NCBI GenBank assembly: GCA_947085655.1
Contig: CAMTXH010000022.1
Coordinates: 2,556-66,555 of the forward strand
Origin: an uncultured Omnitrophica bacterium
Lineage (GTDB): Bacteria > Omnitrophota > Gorgyraeia > JACQQV01
Direction: 5' to 3'
DNA: 64,000 nt
Positions within the stretch are counted from its first letter, which is position 1. Every line of letters begins with the position of its first letter. Below the pieces are notes generated by a model. It did no database searches. It had not been told where the DNA came from and worked only from the letters and a program-made list of their open reading frames with translations. Shown piece after piece: positions 15,622 through 25,145 of this stretch. A program made the translations under genes and the position numbers.

Positions 15622-17199
15622 TTGACGACCTCTCACGCCTCTGTTAAACTGAATGGAGTGAAAAGACCCTTCCTCCTTTTTGTTCCGATCCTTCTCCTCG
15701 CCGTCTTCCTTCAATTCTTCCAGTTGGGAGAAAGGAGTCTCTGGGAAGACGAGGCCCAAGTCGCCTTAAAAGGGGAGTGGGACACCATTACGATCCTCGA
15801 CTACCAGAAAAATTTCCTTTTCAATATTATCTTATCAACTTGGACTCGCCTTGGCAAGAGCGAAGCTTGGCTACGAATTCCGTCGGTGCTCTTTGCCCTC
15901 TTTTCCCTGATCGCCTTCTACGAAGTCGGAAGGCGCCTCTTTTCTGAAAAAACGGCGCAAGTGGCCGTTCTCCTTCTTGCCCTCTCTCCCTTTTTCCTCC
16001 TTGAATCCCGGCAGGTCAAGATGTACAGTCTCGCCCTTCTATGTTCCCTCCTCAGTTTTTATTTCCTCCTTCTTTATCTGGAGAAAGGCCGCAGCGGAAC
16101 GCTCCTCGCCCATATCGGCATCTCCCTCATGGCCCTCTTCACTCATTACATGTTTTTCTTTTTTCTGCCCCTTGAACTCCTCTGGCTCTGGATCGCCACA
16201 AAAAAGAGGCGGGCTCTCTTAAAACGTTACCTCCTCGCCTGGTTTTTTCCCCTTCTTCTTTTCCTGGCGTCCATCAAACCTTTTTGGCGTCATTTGGAAA
16301 GTTTTTACTCGCTCTATCTCGATTCCGGCACCCCGATTTTGTTTACATTCCCTTTCGGGGCGGCCGGGAGAGCGGCCTTTCTCTATTATCTCTTGACAGT
16401 AGGGCCGACCTTCTTTCCGTGGAACTACGTCTGGGCCGGCGCCGGATGCCTTCTTCCGCTTATTGTCTTTTTTCAAATCTTCAGAAAACCGAGGCAGTGG
16501 CCTTTCCTGTGGATATTCCTTGCTTTCGTGTTTCCCGTTCTCCTCCTGTCTTTATTCCGGAATATGCAACCCCGGCACCTGTTCATCGCCCTCCCCTTTT
16601 ACGCTCTCGCCTTGAGCGCCGGGCTTTCGCAGCTTCGACCCCTGATAAGGGCCCTTGCCCTTTCGGGCATCCTTCTTATTCAAACAGTCGGCGTGGCCAA
16701 CTATTTTACCGGCCGTCAGTATATCTTCATCGCTCATCTGGAACCCTACCGTGAAATTGTTGACCTCGTCCAAAAAAACTTTCTACCGGGAGACCTTCTT
16801 TTTTATTCCCAGGACATCCCCTCCTTTGAGTTTTACTTCTACAAGTATTTTGAAAAAAAAGGGCCGAGGCGGAGACTTCACTGGATTGACAAGGAGGAGA
16901 GAATCCGGCGGTGGCGCCTGGAAGACCTGAATCAAAAAGTTCTCAAGGGAGTCAAGCGGATCTGGTTCATTGAAAGGCCACCCGGTCAAACGGTGGCAAC
17001 CATTCCTCTCTCAGATCCCGAGGCCCTCTACCGGGAAAATCTTGCGTTCAGGGCCATCCTGGACGGACGTTTCAAGCGGCTCGGTCGGTGGGGTTTTCTG
17101 AAGGATCCCGACATCCGGAAAAAGGAGAAATTCCTCAAGAAATTCTATCTGGAAGAGAGGATTACCGTCTCCCTCTACGACGTGACCGCCCCGCCATAG
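15622..17199 (+). CDS. GT-C fold membrane glycosyltransferase (family 39 / ArnT / PMT-like)
   Basis: Polytopic membrane protein. N-terminal FQLGERSLWEDEA...LFNIILSTWTRLGKSEAWLRIPSVLF resembles ArnT/PMT_2 family starts. The true start may be the GTG at 15658 (MKRPFLLF...). Confidence 0.7.
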   Translation: MTTSHASVKLNGVKRPFLLFVPILLLAVFLQFFQLGERSLWEDEAQVALKGEWDTITILDYQKNFLFNIILSTWTRLGKSEAWLRIPSVLFALFSLIAFYEVGRRLFSEKTAQVAVLLLALSPFFLLESRQVKMYSLALLCSLLSFYFLLLYLEKGRSGTLLAHIGISLMALFTHYMFFFFLPLELLWLWIATKKRRALLKRYLLAWFFPLLLFLASIKPFWRHLESFYSLYLDSGTPILFTFPFGAAGRAAFLYYLLTVGPTFFPWNYVWAGAGCLLPLIVFFQIFRKPRQWPFLWIFLAFVFPVLLLSLFRNMQPRHLFIALPFYALALSAGLSQLRPLIRALALSGILLIQTVGVANYFTGRQYIFIAHLEPYREIVDLVQKNFLPGDLLFYSQDIPSFEFYFYKYFEKKGPRRRLHWIDKEERIRRWRLEDLNQKVLKGVKRIWFIERPPGQTVATIPLSDPEALYRENLAFRAILDGRFKRLGRWGFLKDPDIRKKEKFLKKFYLEERITVSLYDVTAPP

Positions 17200-17204
17200 A
17201 AACA

Positions 17205-19094
17205 CTACGTCCCTTTTTCCGCCTTCTCCCCTTCGGGATAATACTTCCGGTAGCGGTAGTAATACGAAGAGCTCGGTTCCACTTCTATCGCCCGAATGTC
17301 GTTAAAGACCACCCCCAGAAGTTTTGCCTGGGCCGTGTCCAGCTGGGTCTTGGCCCGCTTGAGGGCATTCCGGGCCGTCCGTCCGGATTGGTATACGAGG
17401 ACAATTCCGTCCAGCTTTGGGGCAAGGATCAGGGTGTCGGTGACCGGAAGAACCGGGGGGCAATCGAAAATCAAAAAGTCAAATTGCGTTCTCAACGTCC
17501 GGATCAGTTCCTCCATCTCATGAGAAGCAAGAAGTTCGGGCGGGTTCGGAGGAAGATGTCCGGAGGTCATGAAATTGAGATAGCCGAGATGGGGGCTTTT
17601 CAAAGCCTCCTGCCATTTGACGTCGGCGACCAGAAGGTCTGATACGTTTTTGAGCGCCTGCTCATAAGAGACCGTTTTGGTCAGCACTTCAAAGAGTCCC
17701 GGTGTCCGTTCAAGGCCGAAGATTTCGTGAATCATGGGACGACGGAAGTCCACGTCGATCAGGAGGGTCTTTTTCCCCATTTGGGCGGAGGCGACCGCCA
17801 GATTCGCGCAGGTCAATGTCTTTCCCTCCCGGGGACCCGTGCTGGAGAGGGCAATGGCGAGCTGCTGCTTCTGGGGAAGGACCGAATAGATGGAAGTCCG
17901 GAGGGTATGGTACGATTCCGCCTCCGGAGAGCGGGGATCAAACTGGGTAACGAGTCGATACCGGGTCTCAGTCAATTTTTTTTCCTCACCCCCGATTCTC
18001 GGAAAAAGGGAAAACCGTTTTTTCTCCGCGGTATCGACCATATGGGGGATCATTCCCAACACCCCCACCCCCAGAAATGATTCGATATCTTCCACCACAC
18101 CGATGGAGGTATCCAGCGCCTCCTTAAAAAACGCGGCGATAAATCCGAGGAGAAGTCCCGAGCAGATTGCCAATACCATGCTCACCTTCTGATCTGTCTG
18201 TAGAGAAATGGAAGGAGGGGAGGCGTGTTCAAGGATGCGGACATTTCCTACATTTCCCGACTCCTCAATCCGCGACTCATTATACTTCTGCTTGAGCTGT
18301 GACACCAGATCTTGATTATCCCGGCGTTCCTTGGTAAGCCGAGAGGAAGTCAGCTCTTCCTCCGGGAGTTGTTTGAGTTTTTCCCCTGCAGAGGCAATTT
18401 GCTGGTTCAACCGCTCCACCTCCGGATGCTTTTCCGTGGCCCGGGCCAAGAGGTCTTCCCGTTTAAGCTCAAGGGCCATGACCGAACTCCTGATGTCTGC
18501 CACCTGATCCGCAAGGGGAGATCCTTCTTTAAACTGCCTCAACGCCTCTTCCGACTTGAACAAACGTTCTTCGGCTTTTTTCAATTCCTCCTCGATAAAG
18601 ACACGGACCGCTCTTTTTTCGCGGCCGGTCTCTTCAAGGTTGTACGCCACGTAGGCCTTGGCAACCGCATCCGCAATCGGTTTAGTCTCCTCGGCATTCG
18701 GACCGGTAACCGTGATTCGAATCACATTGGTATCCCCAATCTGAAGTGCGCTGACTTTTCTCTGAATTCCATGAACAATGTCTTCCCGTTCGAGGAGATC
18801 CGTGACCCCTCCCAGCCGGCCCAGCGCCTCAGCCGCCTTTTCCGCCACCGGGAAACTTTTGATGATTTCCAGCTGCGACTGGATCAGGTTCCCCAAAGCA
18901 TACGCATACCCCTCCCCGATGACCGGGACTCGCTGGATGAATTTGACTTTGAGATTGGATTGGTAGACCGGCTTCTGAGAAGAAATGAAATAATAGGAAA
19001 TCCCGATCACCATGCAGAAGATGATGAAGATGGTCACCTTCCGCTTCCGGAAAATCCGGTAATAATCCCGCAGATTCAGTTCATATTCTGCCAT
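17205..19094 (-). CDS. Polysaccharide chain-length determinant / bacterial tyrosine autokinase (Wzc/ExoP-like BY-kinase)
   Basis: N-terminal Wzz-like domain with TM helices and coiled coil. C-terminal P-loop domain (GPREGKTLTCANLAVASAQMGKKTLLIDVDFRRP) and a Tyr-rich tail SSSYYYRYRKYY. Confidence 0.85.
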   Translation of the reverse strand: MAEYELNLRDYYRIFRKRKVTIFIIFCMVIGISYYFISSQKPVYQSNLKVKFIQRVPVIGEGYAYALGNLIQSQLEIIKSFPVAEKAAEALGRLGGVTDLLEREDIVHGIQRKVSALQIGDTNVIRITVTGPNAEETKPIADAVAKAYVAYNLEETGREKRAVRVFIEEELKKAEERLFKSEEALRQFKEGSPLADQVADIRSSVMALELKREDLLARATEKHPEVERLNQQIASAGEKLKQLPEEELTSSRLTKERRDNQDLVSQLKQKYNESRIEESGNVGNVRILEHASPPSISLQTDQKVSMVLAICSGLLLGFIAAFFKEALDTSIGVVEDIESFLGVGVLGMIPHMVDTAEKKRFSLFPRIGGEEKKLTETRYRLVTQFDPRSPEAESYHTLRTSIYSVLPQKQQLAIALSSTGPREGKTLTCANLAVASAQMGKKTLLIDVDFRRPMIHEIFGLERTPGLFEVLTKTVSYEQALKNVSDLLVADVKWQEALKSPHLGYLNFMTSGHLPPNPPELLASHEMEELIRTLRTQFDFLIFDCPPVLPVTDTLILAPKLDGIVLVYQSGRTARNALKRAKTQLDTAQAKLLGVVFNDIRAIEVEPSSSYYYRYRKYYPEGEKAEKGT

Positions 19095-19096
19095 TT

Positions 19097-20146
19097 TTAC
19101 TCCTGAGTGATTTCGGAAACGTCAACGGGTCTTTTGATGTGTACGAGCGGTTCCTGCGCCAGGTCAATCCGCTTGATCTCCGAGAGGCGGTTTCCGCTTC
19201 CGTCCAGATAGATGTCGAGGACTGGAAGAAGCGGAAAGTTTTTGTTGACCTTCACCACCCGGCCGATTTCCTTGGTGTTCAACTGCACATAACTTCCGAT
19301 CGGGTAAATGGAGAGCTCCCGAACCAAAGCCTTCAGAATCTGGATGAGACTCGCCTTGAATTGGCTCCCCATGGAATAGGCAATTAACTTCATCGCCTCA
19401 TCCGGCGCGTGCCGTTTCCGGTAAGGGGGGGAGTGGGTTAAGGCTTCATAAACATCCGCGATGGCGATGATCCCCCCGAATTCGGTCACCTGGTCCTCCC
19501 GGAGCCCCCTGGGATAGCTGGTACCGTCCAGCCGCTCATGCTGGTGGGAAATCGCATCCAGAATCACCCGGTCCAAATCTTTCATATTCTCGAGAACCTG
19601 AACGGTATAGATGGGGTGTTTTTTGACAATCTCCATCTCTTCATCGGAGAGAGAAGCCGCCTTTTCCGTGAGCGCTTTCGGAACCTTCGCCATTCCAAGG
19701 TCATGCACCAACGCGGCTAGACCCAGTTGTCGGAGTTCCCCGTCGTTCAAACGGAGGCCCATCCCGACCTTGATGGAAAAAATCGATACATTGACACTGT
19801 GGGGATAAAGATAGTCTTCTTCCGACCAAGAAAATGTCAAGGTCAGAAGGGATTCTCCCCCCATTTTCAAAACGGAGATGATCCGATCGATCACTTCCTG
19901 ACCTCCGGCAAGGTCCGGGATAGGTCCTTTCTCCGCTTCTTCGAATTTTTTCCGGATCCAGTTCAGCGCCTCCTGATAGAGGGCCACCTCGCCTGTCTGC
20001 ATTGGAGAGGGCAGGATCTTCTGAGAAATGGCAGGACTCGGAGGAAGCGAAAAAGGGGGAGCGATCTCGGGGGTCGCTTGCTCCTCTTTCGGCGGTGGGG
20101 CCTTTGGATTGCCGTCGGGTCCCAAGACATCCGAAAGCCGGACCAT
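19097..20146 (-). CDS. HD-GYP domain protein (putative c-di-GMP phosphodiesterase)
   Basis: ALVHDLGMAKVP (HD) ... HHERLDGTSYPRGL (GYP). Its start overlaps the upstream ATPase stop (TGATG). Confidence 0.85.
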   Translation of the reverse strand: MVRLSDVLGPDGNPKAPPPKEEQATPEIAPPFSLPPSPAISQKILPSPMQTGEVALYQEALNWIRKKFEEAEKGPIPDLAGGQEVIDRIISVLKMGGESLLTLTFSWSEEDYLYPHSVNVSIFSIKVGMGLRLNDGELRQLGLAALVHDLGMAKVPKALTEKAASLSDEEMEIVKKHPIYTVQVLENMKDLDRVILDAISHQHERLDGTSYPRGLREDQVTEFGGIIAIADVYEALTHSPPYRKRHAPDEAMKLIAYSMGSQFKASLIQILKALVRELSIYPIGSYVQLNTKEIGRVVKVNKNFPLLPVLDIYLDGSGNRLSEIKRIDLAQEPLVHIKRPVDVSEITQE

Positions 20147-20955
20147 CAGCCCTCTCCCTCGATGCTGGCCATCGCCTCTTCAACGATCTTGTTCGTCACC
20201 TCGTTGGCATGGTGGACATACCCTGTAAAAAGACTCATGTCACAAATTTGATTGATCCGGCGGGGAATCCCGCCCGTCGCCTGTGTGATCACCCGCAATG
20301 CCTCTTTGGTAAAGAGGGGTTCCTTCCGTCCCGCCACTTGAAGGCGACGGCTGATATAACCCTCGGTCTCCTCGGTGGTCAGAGGTCCCAGATGAAAGCG
20401 CATGGCGATCCGCTGGGCAAAGGCCTTGTTCATCGCCACCTGCTCCCGGAGTTCCGGCTGCCCAATCAAAAAAAGGGTGACCATGAATTTATCCTCCAAC
20501 TGGAAATTGAGGAGAAGACGGATCTCCTCGAAAATATCCGGGTTTTGAATCACATGGGCTTCGTCGATAATCACGACCGTTTCCCGGCCGTCCCGGAGAT
20601 TGTTCGCCAGGATCTCCTGCATCTGAAAAAGGACATCGCTTTTATGAAGCGGCGGATTCGTAACGCCGAGCCCGTACAGAATCATCCGGAGCATTTCAAG
20701 GGGATCGAGGCGCGGGTTGGTGATATAGGCGATCCGGTGTCCCGACTGTTGCAGTCCCCGGATGACCGCTCGGGTGAGAAGGGTCTTGCCGCACCCGAAA
20801 ACGCCCGTCATCATTCCGGCCCCTTTTCGGGTCTTCACCACATAATAGAGCCGCGTCAACCCTTCTTCATGCTGTTTGGAGAGATACAAAAAACGGGGAT
20901 CCGGCGTATTTTCAAACGGCGGCTCTGTCAGTCCCCAATGCGCTTCATACATGGC
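20146..20955 (-). CDS. GspA/ExeA-like AAA ATPase (PEP-CTERM/EPS-associated ATPase-like)
   Basis: Walker A GVFGCGKTLL and Walker B VVIIDEAHV. The ORF track extends it to 21030, but the likely start is MYEAHWGLTEPPF, which sits right after the FabL-like stop. Confidence 0.7.
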   Translation of the reverse strand, partial: AMYEAHWGLTEPPFENTPDPRFLYLSKQHEEGLTRLYYVVKTRKGAGMMTGVFGCGKTLLTRAVIRGLQQSGHRIAYITNPRLDPLEMLRMILYGLGVTNPPLHKSDVLFQMQEILANNLRDGRETVVIIDEAHVIQNPDIFEEIRLLLNFQLEDKFMVTLFLIGQPELREQVAMNKAFAQRIAMRFHLGPLTTEETEGYISRRLQVAGRKEPLFTKEALRVITQATGGIPRRINQICDMSLFTGYVHHANEVTNKIVEEAMASIEGEG

Positions 20956-20957
20956 CG

Positions 20958-21770
20958 TTACCCAATGATATCCTCTCCCCCGTCCACACCGATGACATTG
21001 CCGGTGACCCAATACGTTTCTTCCAGGCAAAGCACACTCACCGCTTGCGCTACATCCTTCGGTCTTGTGATCCGACCCATCGGATTGCGCGCCTTGGCGA
21101 TTTCAAGCATCTTGTCGCTTCCCGGAATCTTCCTGAGGGCCGGTGTATCAGTCACCCCTGCCCGGACACAGTTGGCGGTAATCCCAAGGGGTGCGAGTTC
21201 CAGTGCCAACTGCCGGATGTGCGATTCGAGCGCCGCCTTGGCTGCGGAGACCGCCCCGTAGGTCGGCCAGACCCGTGTCCCGCCGGAAGAAGTCATTGCA
21301 AAAATCCGGCTCCCCTTTCCGAGGAGTTTCCGCTCAACCATCTCCTGAACCCAATAGACAAGACTGTGCGCCATCACATCCACGGTCATCTCCATCTGCG
21401 GCTGGGTGAGGGCGCCGTTTTCCCCTTCGGCAAAATAGGGCTTTAATGTCCCGAAGGCGAGTGAGTGAAAAAAAACCCGGACATAAGGGGTGCGGGCTCC
21501 TTTCAACCTCTCCTGAACCGCATCAAGAACCTCTTTTCGCTTCTCAGGGTCTGCAGCGTTCACGTTGAAGAAAAGGGCCTTCCGCCCCTTGGTTTGGATC
21601 TCCTTGACAATCCGCTCCGCGTTCTCGAGAGTCTGCTTCCGGTCAAAATGGACACCGAAAATATCCATGCCCCTGCCTGAAAGCTCCAGGGCAAGGGCCT
21701 CTCCGAAGCCGCTGGAGGCCCCCAGAATCAGGGCCCATTCGTCTTGGTATTGGGGGGGCTTTAATGTCAT
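20958..21770 (-). CDS. Enoyl-[acyl-carrier-protein] reductase, FabL-like SDR
   Basis: SDR Rossmann LILGASSGFGEALA and catalytic YGAVSAAKAALESHIRQLALELAP (Y-x6-K, like FabL/FabI). It sits at the end of the fab cluster. Confidence 0.7.
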   Translation of the reverse strand: MTLKPPQYQDEWALILGASSGFGEALALELSGRGMDIFGVHFDRKQTLENAERIVKEIQTKGRKALFFNVNAADPEKRKEVLDAVQERLKGARTPYVRVFFHSLAFGTLKPYFAEGENGALTQPQMEMTVDVMAHSLVYWVQEMVERKLLGKGSRIFAMTSSGGTRVWPTYGAVSAAKAALESHIRQLALELAPLGITANCVRAGVTDTPALRKIPGSDKMLEIAKARNPMGRITRPKDVAQAVSVLCLEETYWVTGNVIGVDGGEDIIG

Positions 21771-21908
21771 CCCTTCTCCTTTTTCCAGAGGATTTCCTTA
21801 ACCCAAATCCGAATAATATGTTACCACAATGATTATACACCATTAAGACAAAAATGTCAACGATTTTGATTCTGGGGTGAAACAAAGAAATAAAGGAGGG
21901 AAAAGGGA

Positions 21909-23141
21909 CTAAACCCGCTTGAAGAGGAGTGTGGCGTTGTGGCCGCCGAAGCCGAAGGAGTTGGAAAGGACAAGGTCCACCTTGGCCTTCCGGGCCTTAT
22001 TCGGAACATAATCAAGGTCACAGTCCGGGTCCGGATGTTCATAGTTGATGGTTGGGTGGATAATCCCATCCCGAATCGTCAAAGCGCAGACCGCCGCCTC
22101 CACCCCTCCAGCAGCGCCCAAGGTATGTCCGGTCATGGACTTGGTGGAACTGATCGGAACTTTTTTTGCATGGTCTCCAAATACCTGCTTGATCGCCATT
22201 GTCTCGATCTTGTCATTGAGGGGGGTGGAGGTTCCGTGGGCATTGATATAATCGACCTCCTGAGGGGAAACTTTAGCACGGTTTAAGGCCTCCCGCATTG
22301 CCGAGGCAGCACCCATCCCATCCTCGGGAGGTGCGGTCATATGATACGCATCACCGGTCATCCCGTAGCCGACGATCTCACAGTAAATAGGGGCGCCCCG
22401 TTTCTTGGCCCGTTCATACGCTTCAAGAATCACAATCCCGGCTCCCTCCCCCATCACGAATCCGTCCCGTTCCTTGTCAAAAGGGCGGGAGGCCTTCTCC
22501 GGTGCATCATTCCGGGTGGAAAGCGCCTTCATGGCGCAAAAACCGCCGATCCCCATCGGGGTGATGCAACTTTCGGTCCCCCCCGCCACCATCACATCTG
22601 CATCCCCGCGCTGGATGATCTGATAAGCATCCCCGACCGCATGAGTCCCGGAAGCGCAGGCGGTCGCCACACAGGAATTTGGGCCCTTCAGACCCAGACT
22701 GATGGAGACCTGTCCAGGAGCCATGTTGACAATCAGCATCGGAATGAGAAAAGGGGAGATTTTTTTCGGCCCTTTCTCCAGAAGGACTTTGTGCTGTTCT
22801 TCGATAATATGGAGACTTCCGATGCCGGAGCCGAGGAGGACCCCGATCCGGGAGACATCTTCCTTGGAAAGGTCAAGTCCCGAATCCTGAACCGCCATCT
22901 TCGCCGCACAGACGGCAAACTGGACAAAGCGCTCCATCCGCCTCTGTTCCTTCGGAGAAATATCCGGGGAAGGGTCGAAATTCTTTGATTCTCCCGCAAT
23001 CCGGGACTCGAAGGAAGAGGCATCGAAGGAAGTCAAGGGGCCGATGCCGCTTTTTCCTTCAACGAGCGACTTCCAGAAACCCTGAACGGTGTTTCCGACG
23101 GGAGAGATAATGCCTAACCCCGTCACCACCACGCGATTCAT
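21909..23141 (-). CDS. fabF: 3-oxoacyl-[ACP] synthase II
   Basis: 410 aa. Active-site region [16 protein letters not shown] and conserved His motifs HGTSTPLND and TGHTLGAAG. Confidence 0.95.
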   Translation of the reverse strand: MNRVVVTGLGIISPVGNTVQGFWKSLVEGKSGIGPLTSFDASSFESRIAGESKNFDPSPDISPKEQRRMERFVQFAVCAAKMAVQDSGLDLSKEDVSRIGVLLGSGIGSLHIIEEQHKVLLEKGPKKISPFLIPMLIVNMAPGQVSISLGLKGPNSCVATACASGTHAVGDAYQIIQRGDADVMVAGGTESCITPMGIGGFCAMKALSTRNDAPEKASRPFDKERDGFVMGEGAGIVILEAYERAKKRGAPIYCEIVGYGMTGDAYHMTAPPEDGMGAASAMREALNRAKVSPQEVDYINAHGTSTPLNDKIETMAIKQVFGDHAKKVPISSTKSMTGHTLGAAGGVEAAVCALTIRDGIIHPTINYEHPDPDCDLDYVPNKARKAKVDLVLSNSFGFGGHNATLLFKRV

Positions 23142-23168
23142 GCTTCGAACCTCCCGAATTATTTGAAA

Positions 23169-23196
23169 GGGCGTACCAGCAAATGCCGATACGCCC
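23169..23196 (-). terminator. Possible intrinsic terminator downstream of acpP
   Basis: Hairpin GGGCGTA...TACGCCC followed on the minus strand by TTTCAAAT. The U-tract is weak. Confidence 0.35.
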
Positions 23197-23225
23197 TATC
23201 GTATGACCAGATTTTTTAAATCGTC

Positions 23226-23465
23226 TTAACTACCTGTCGTTTTTTTCTCGATATACTTAACGGCATCATCAACCGTGATAATCTTCTCCGCATCCTCATC
23301 CGGAATCTCAATGCCGAATTCCTCTTCCAAAGCCATGACCAGTTCCACCGTATCCAAGGAATCCGCCCCCAGATCATTCACAAAGGATGCGCTCGGCACC
23401 ACCTCTTCCGGTTTTGCGCCCAGTTGCTCTACAATGATGGATTTGACCTTTTCTGCAGTGGACAT
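23226..23465 (-). CDS. acpP: Acyl carrier protein
   Basis: [27 protein letters not shown] contains the phosphopantetheine attachment site (DSLD). Confidence 0.95.
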   Translation of the reverse strand: MSTAEKVKSIIVEQLGAKPEEVVPSASFVNDLGADSLDTVELVMALEEEFGIEIPDEDAEKIITVDDAVKYIEKKTTGS

Positions 23466-23496
23466 CCTTCTTTTCCTCCCTTAAGTTGATTTTCTT

Positions 23497-24237
23497 TTAG
23501 GAAGTAACCATTCCCCCGTCGATCCGGATGACCTGACCGGTTAAATAACCGGACTCCTCCGAAACCAGAAAACGGACCAGCTCCGCGACCTCCCCTGCCT
23601 TTCCAAAGCGGCCGAGCGGAATCTCTGAAAGCATCTTTTCCTTCACCGACTCTGGAAGGGCCCCGGTCATGTCCGTTTCGATAAACCCTGGGGCAACCGC
23701 ATTACAGGTAATGCCTCGGGAGGCGAGCTCGCGGGCCACTGTTTTGGTTAAACCGATGAGGCCTGCCTTCGACGCCACATAGGCCGCCTGACCCGCATTC
23801 CCCCTGATCCCAACCACCGATGCGATATTCACGATCCGGCCGGCTCGTGCCCGGATCATCTCCTTGGCAACAAGCCGCGTCACCAAAAAAGCACCGGTCA
23901 AATTGGTTGCCAGCACCCGCTCCCAGTCCGATGGTCTCATCTGGATCAGAAGACTGTCGGAGGTGATGCCGGCATTGTTGACAAGTATATCAACCTTCCC
24001 AAATTTGTCAAGGGTTTTCTCCACAAGGGCTTCCACCTGTTTGGCATCAGAAACATCGGTCTTGGAAAGGAGAAAAGAGGCCTCCCCCTTCCCCATCTCT
24101 TCCTGGAGATGCTTGAGGGCTTCTTCGTTCCGGCCGCAGAGGGAGAGGGCGATTCCATCTTGGGCCAGCCGCTTGGCAATGGCAAGGCCGATTCCCCGGG
24201 TGGCCCCGGTGATGATAGCAACCCGCTTTTCGATCAT
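23497..24237 (-). CDS. fabG: 3-oxoacyl-[ACP] reductase
   Basis: AIITGATRGIGLAIA...NAGQAAYVASKAGLIGLTK (SDR, Y-x3-K). Confidence 0.9.
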   Translation of the reverse strand: MIEKRVAIITGATRGIGLAIAKRLAQDGIALSLCGRNEEALKHLQEEMGKGEASFLLSKTDVSDAKQVEALVEKTLDKFGKVDILVNNAGITSDSLLIQMRPSDWERVLATNLTGAFLVTRLVAKEMIRARAGRIVNIASVVGIRGNAGQAAYVASKAGLIGLTKTVARELASRGITCNAVAPGFIETDMTGALPESVKEKMLSEIPLGRFGKAGEVAELVRFLVSEESGYLTGQVIRIDGGMVTS

Positions 24238-25145
24238 GCCTCGATCTCCTGGGGGGATTCCAAATGAAAAACCTCTGTACCAGGATCAATCTTCCGGATC
24301 AGGCCGTTCAGAACCTTTCCCGGCCCGATTTCGGCAAATTGACGGATCCCCTTCCTCAAAAGAAAGCGGATGGACTCCTCCCAGAGGACCGGTTCGCTGA
24401 CCTGTCTCACCAGATTTTCACGGATTTTGTCAGGATCCTCCTCCTTTTGTGCGGTAACATTACTGATAAAGGGGATCTTCGGCTTTTTAAAAGGGAGGGT
24501 CGTGAGAGTCTTGGCCAGCTTCTCCCCCGCCCCCCTCATAAAGCGGGAATGAAAAGGGCCGCTCACGTCCAGCCGGATCGCCCGCCTGGCACCCGCTTCC
24601 TTCGCCAACTCGGTGATCCGGTCGATGTCTGAAAGGCGGCCGGAGACCACAATCTGACCGGGGCAGTTCAGGTTCGCCACTTCGGTGCCGCTTTTTTCGC
24701 ATAACGCTTTCACCTTGTCAAGTGAAAGTCCAAAGATGGCTGCAAGCGTTCCTGGGGTGGCGTTTGAGGCCTCTTCCATCAACCGGCCCCTCTCCCGAAC
24801 CGCCGCAAGGGCCGGTTCAAAGGAGAGAACACCTGCTGCCACCAAAGCGGTGTATTCCCCGAGACTCAAACCGCATGCCGCTTTCGGCTGATACCGGTCC
24901 CGCATCCGTTCGGAAAGAAAAAAAAGGGAGGCGATACTGGTCACAAAGATGGCCGGCTGGCTGTATTGGGTCCGGGTGAGTGTCTCTTGAGGGCCTTCAA
25001 AACAGAGTCGGGCAAGATCCATTTCCAAAAGGGCGTTCGCCTTTTCAAAGATTTCCCGCGCCTTCGGGAAACTTTCGTAGAGGACCCTCCCCATTCCCAC
25101 ATACTGGGCCCCCTGTCCGGGAAAAACAAAAGCGCAGGTCACCAT
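24234..25145 (-). CDS. fabD: Malonyl CoA-ACP transacylase
   Basis: FVFPGQGAQYVGMG...GLSLGEYTAL (GHSLGE-type active site). Confidence 0.9.
   Translation of the reverse strand: MVTCAFVFPGQGAQYVGMGRVLYESFPKAREIFEKANALLEMDLARLCFEGPQETLTRTQYSQPAIFVTSIASLFFLSERMRDRYQPKAACGLSLGEYTALVAAGVLSFEPALAAVRERGRLMEEASNATPGTLAAIFGLSLDKVKALCEKSGTEVANLNCPGQIVVSGRLSDIDRITELAKEAGARRAIRLDVSGPFHSRFMRGAGEKLAKTLTTLPFKKPKIPFISNVTAQKEEDPDKIRENLVRQVSEPVLWEESIRFLLRKGIRQFAEIGPGKVLNGLIRKIDPGTEVFHLESPQEIEA

Noticed and set aside
18312-19106. 264-aa plus-strand ORF
   Set aside because: It is antisense to the BY-kinase gene, which has clear P-loop and Tyr-cluster motifs.
20002-21261. 419-aa plus-strand ORF
   Set aside because: It is antisense to the HD-GYP, AAA ATPase and FabL-like genes and has no domain signature.
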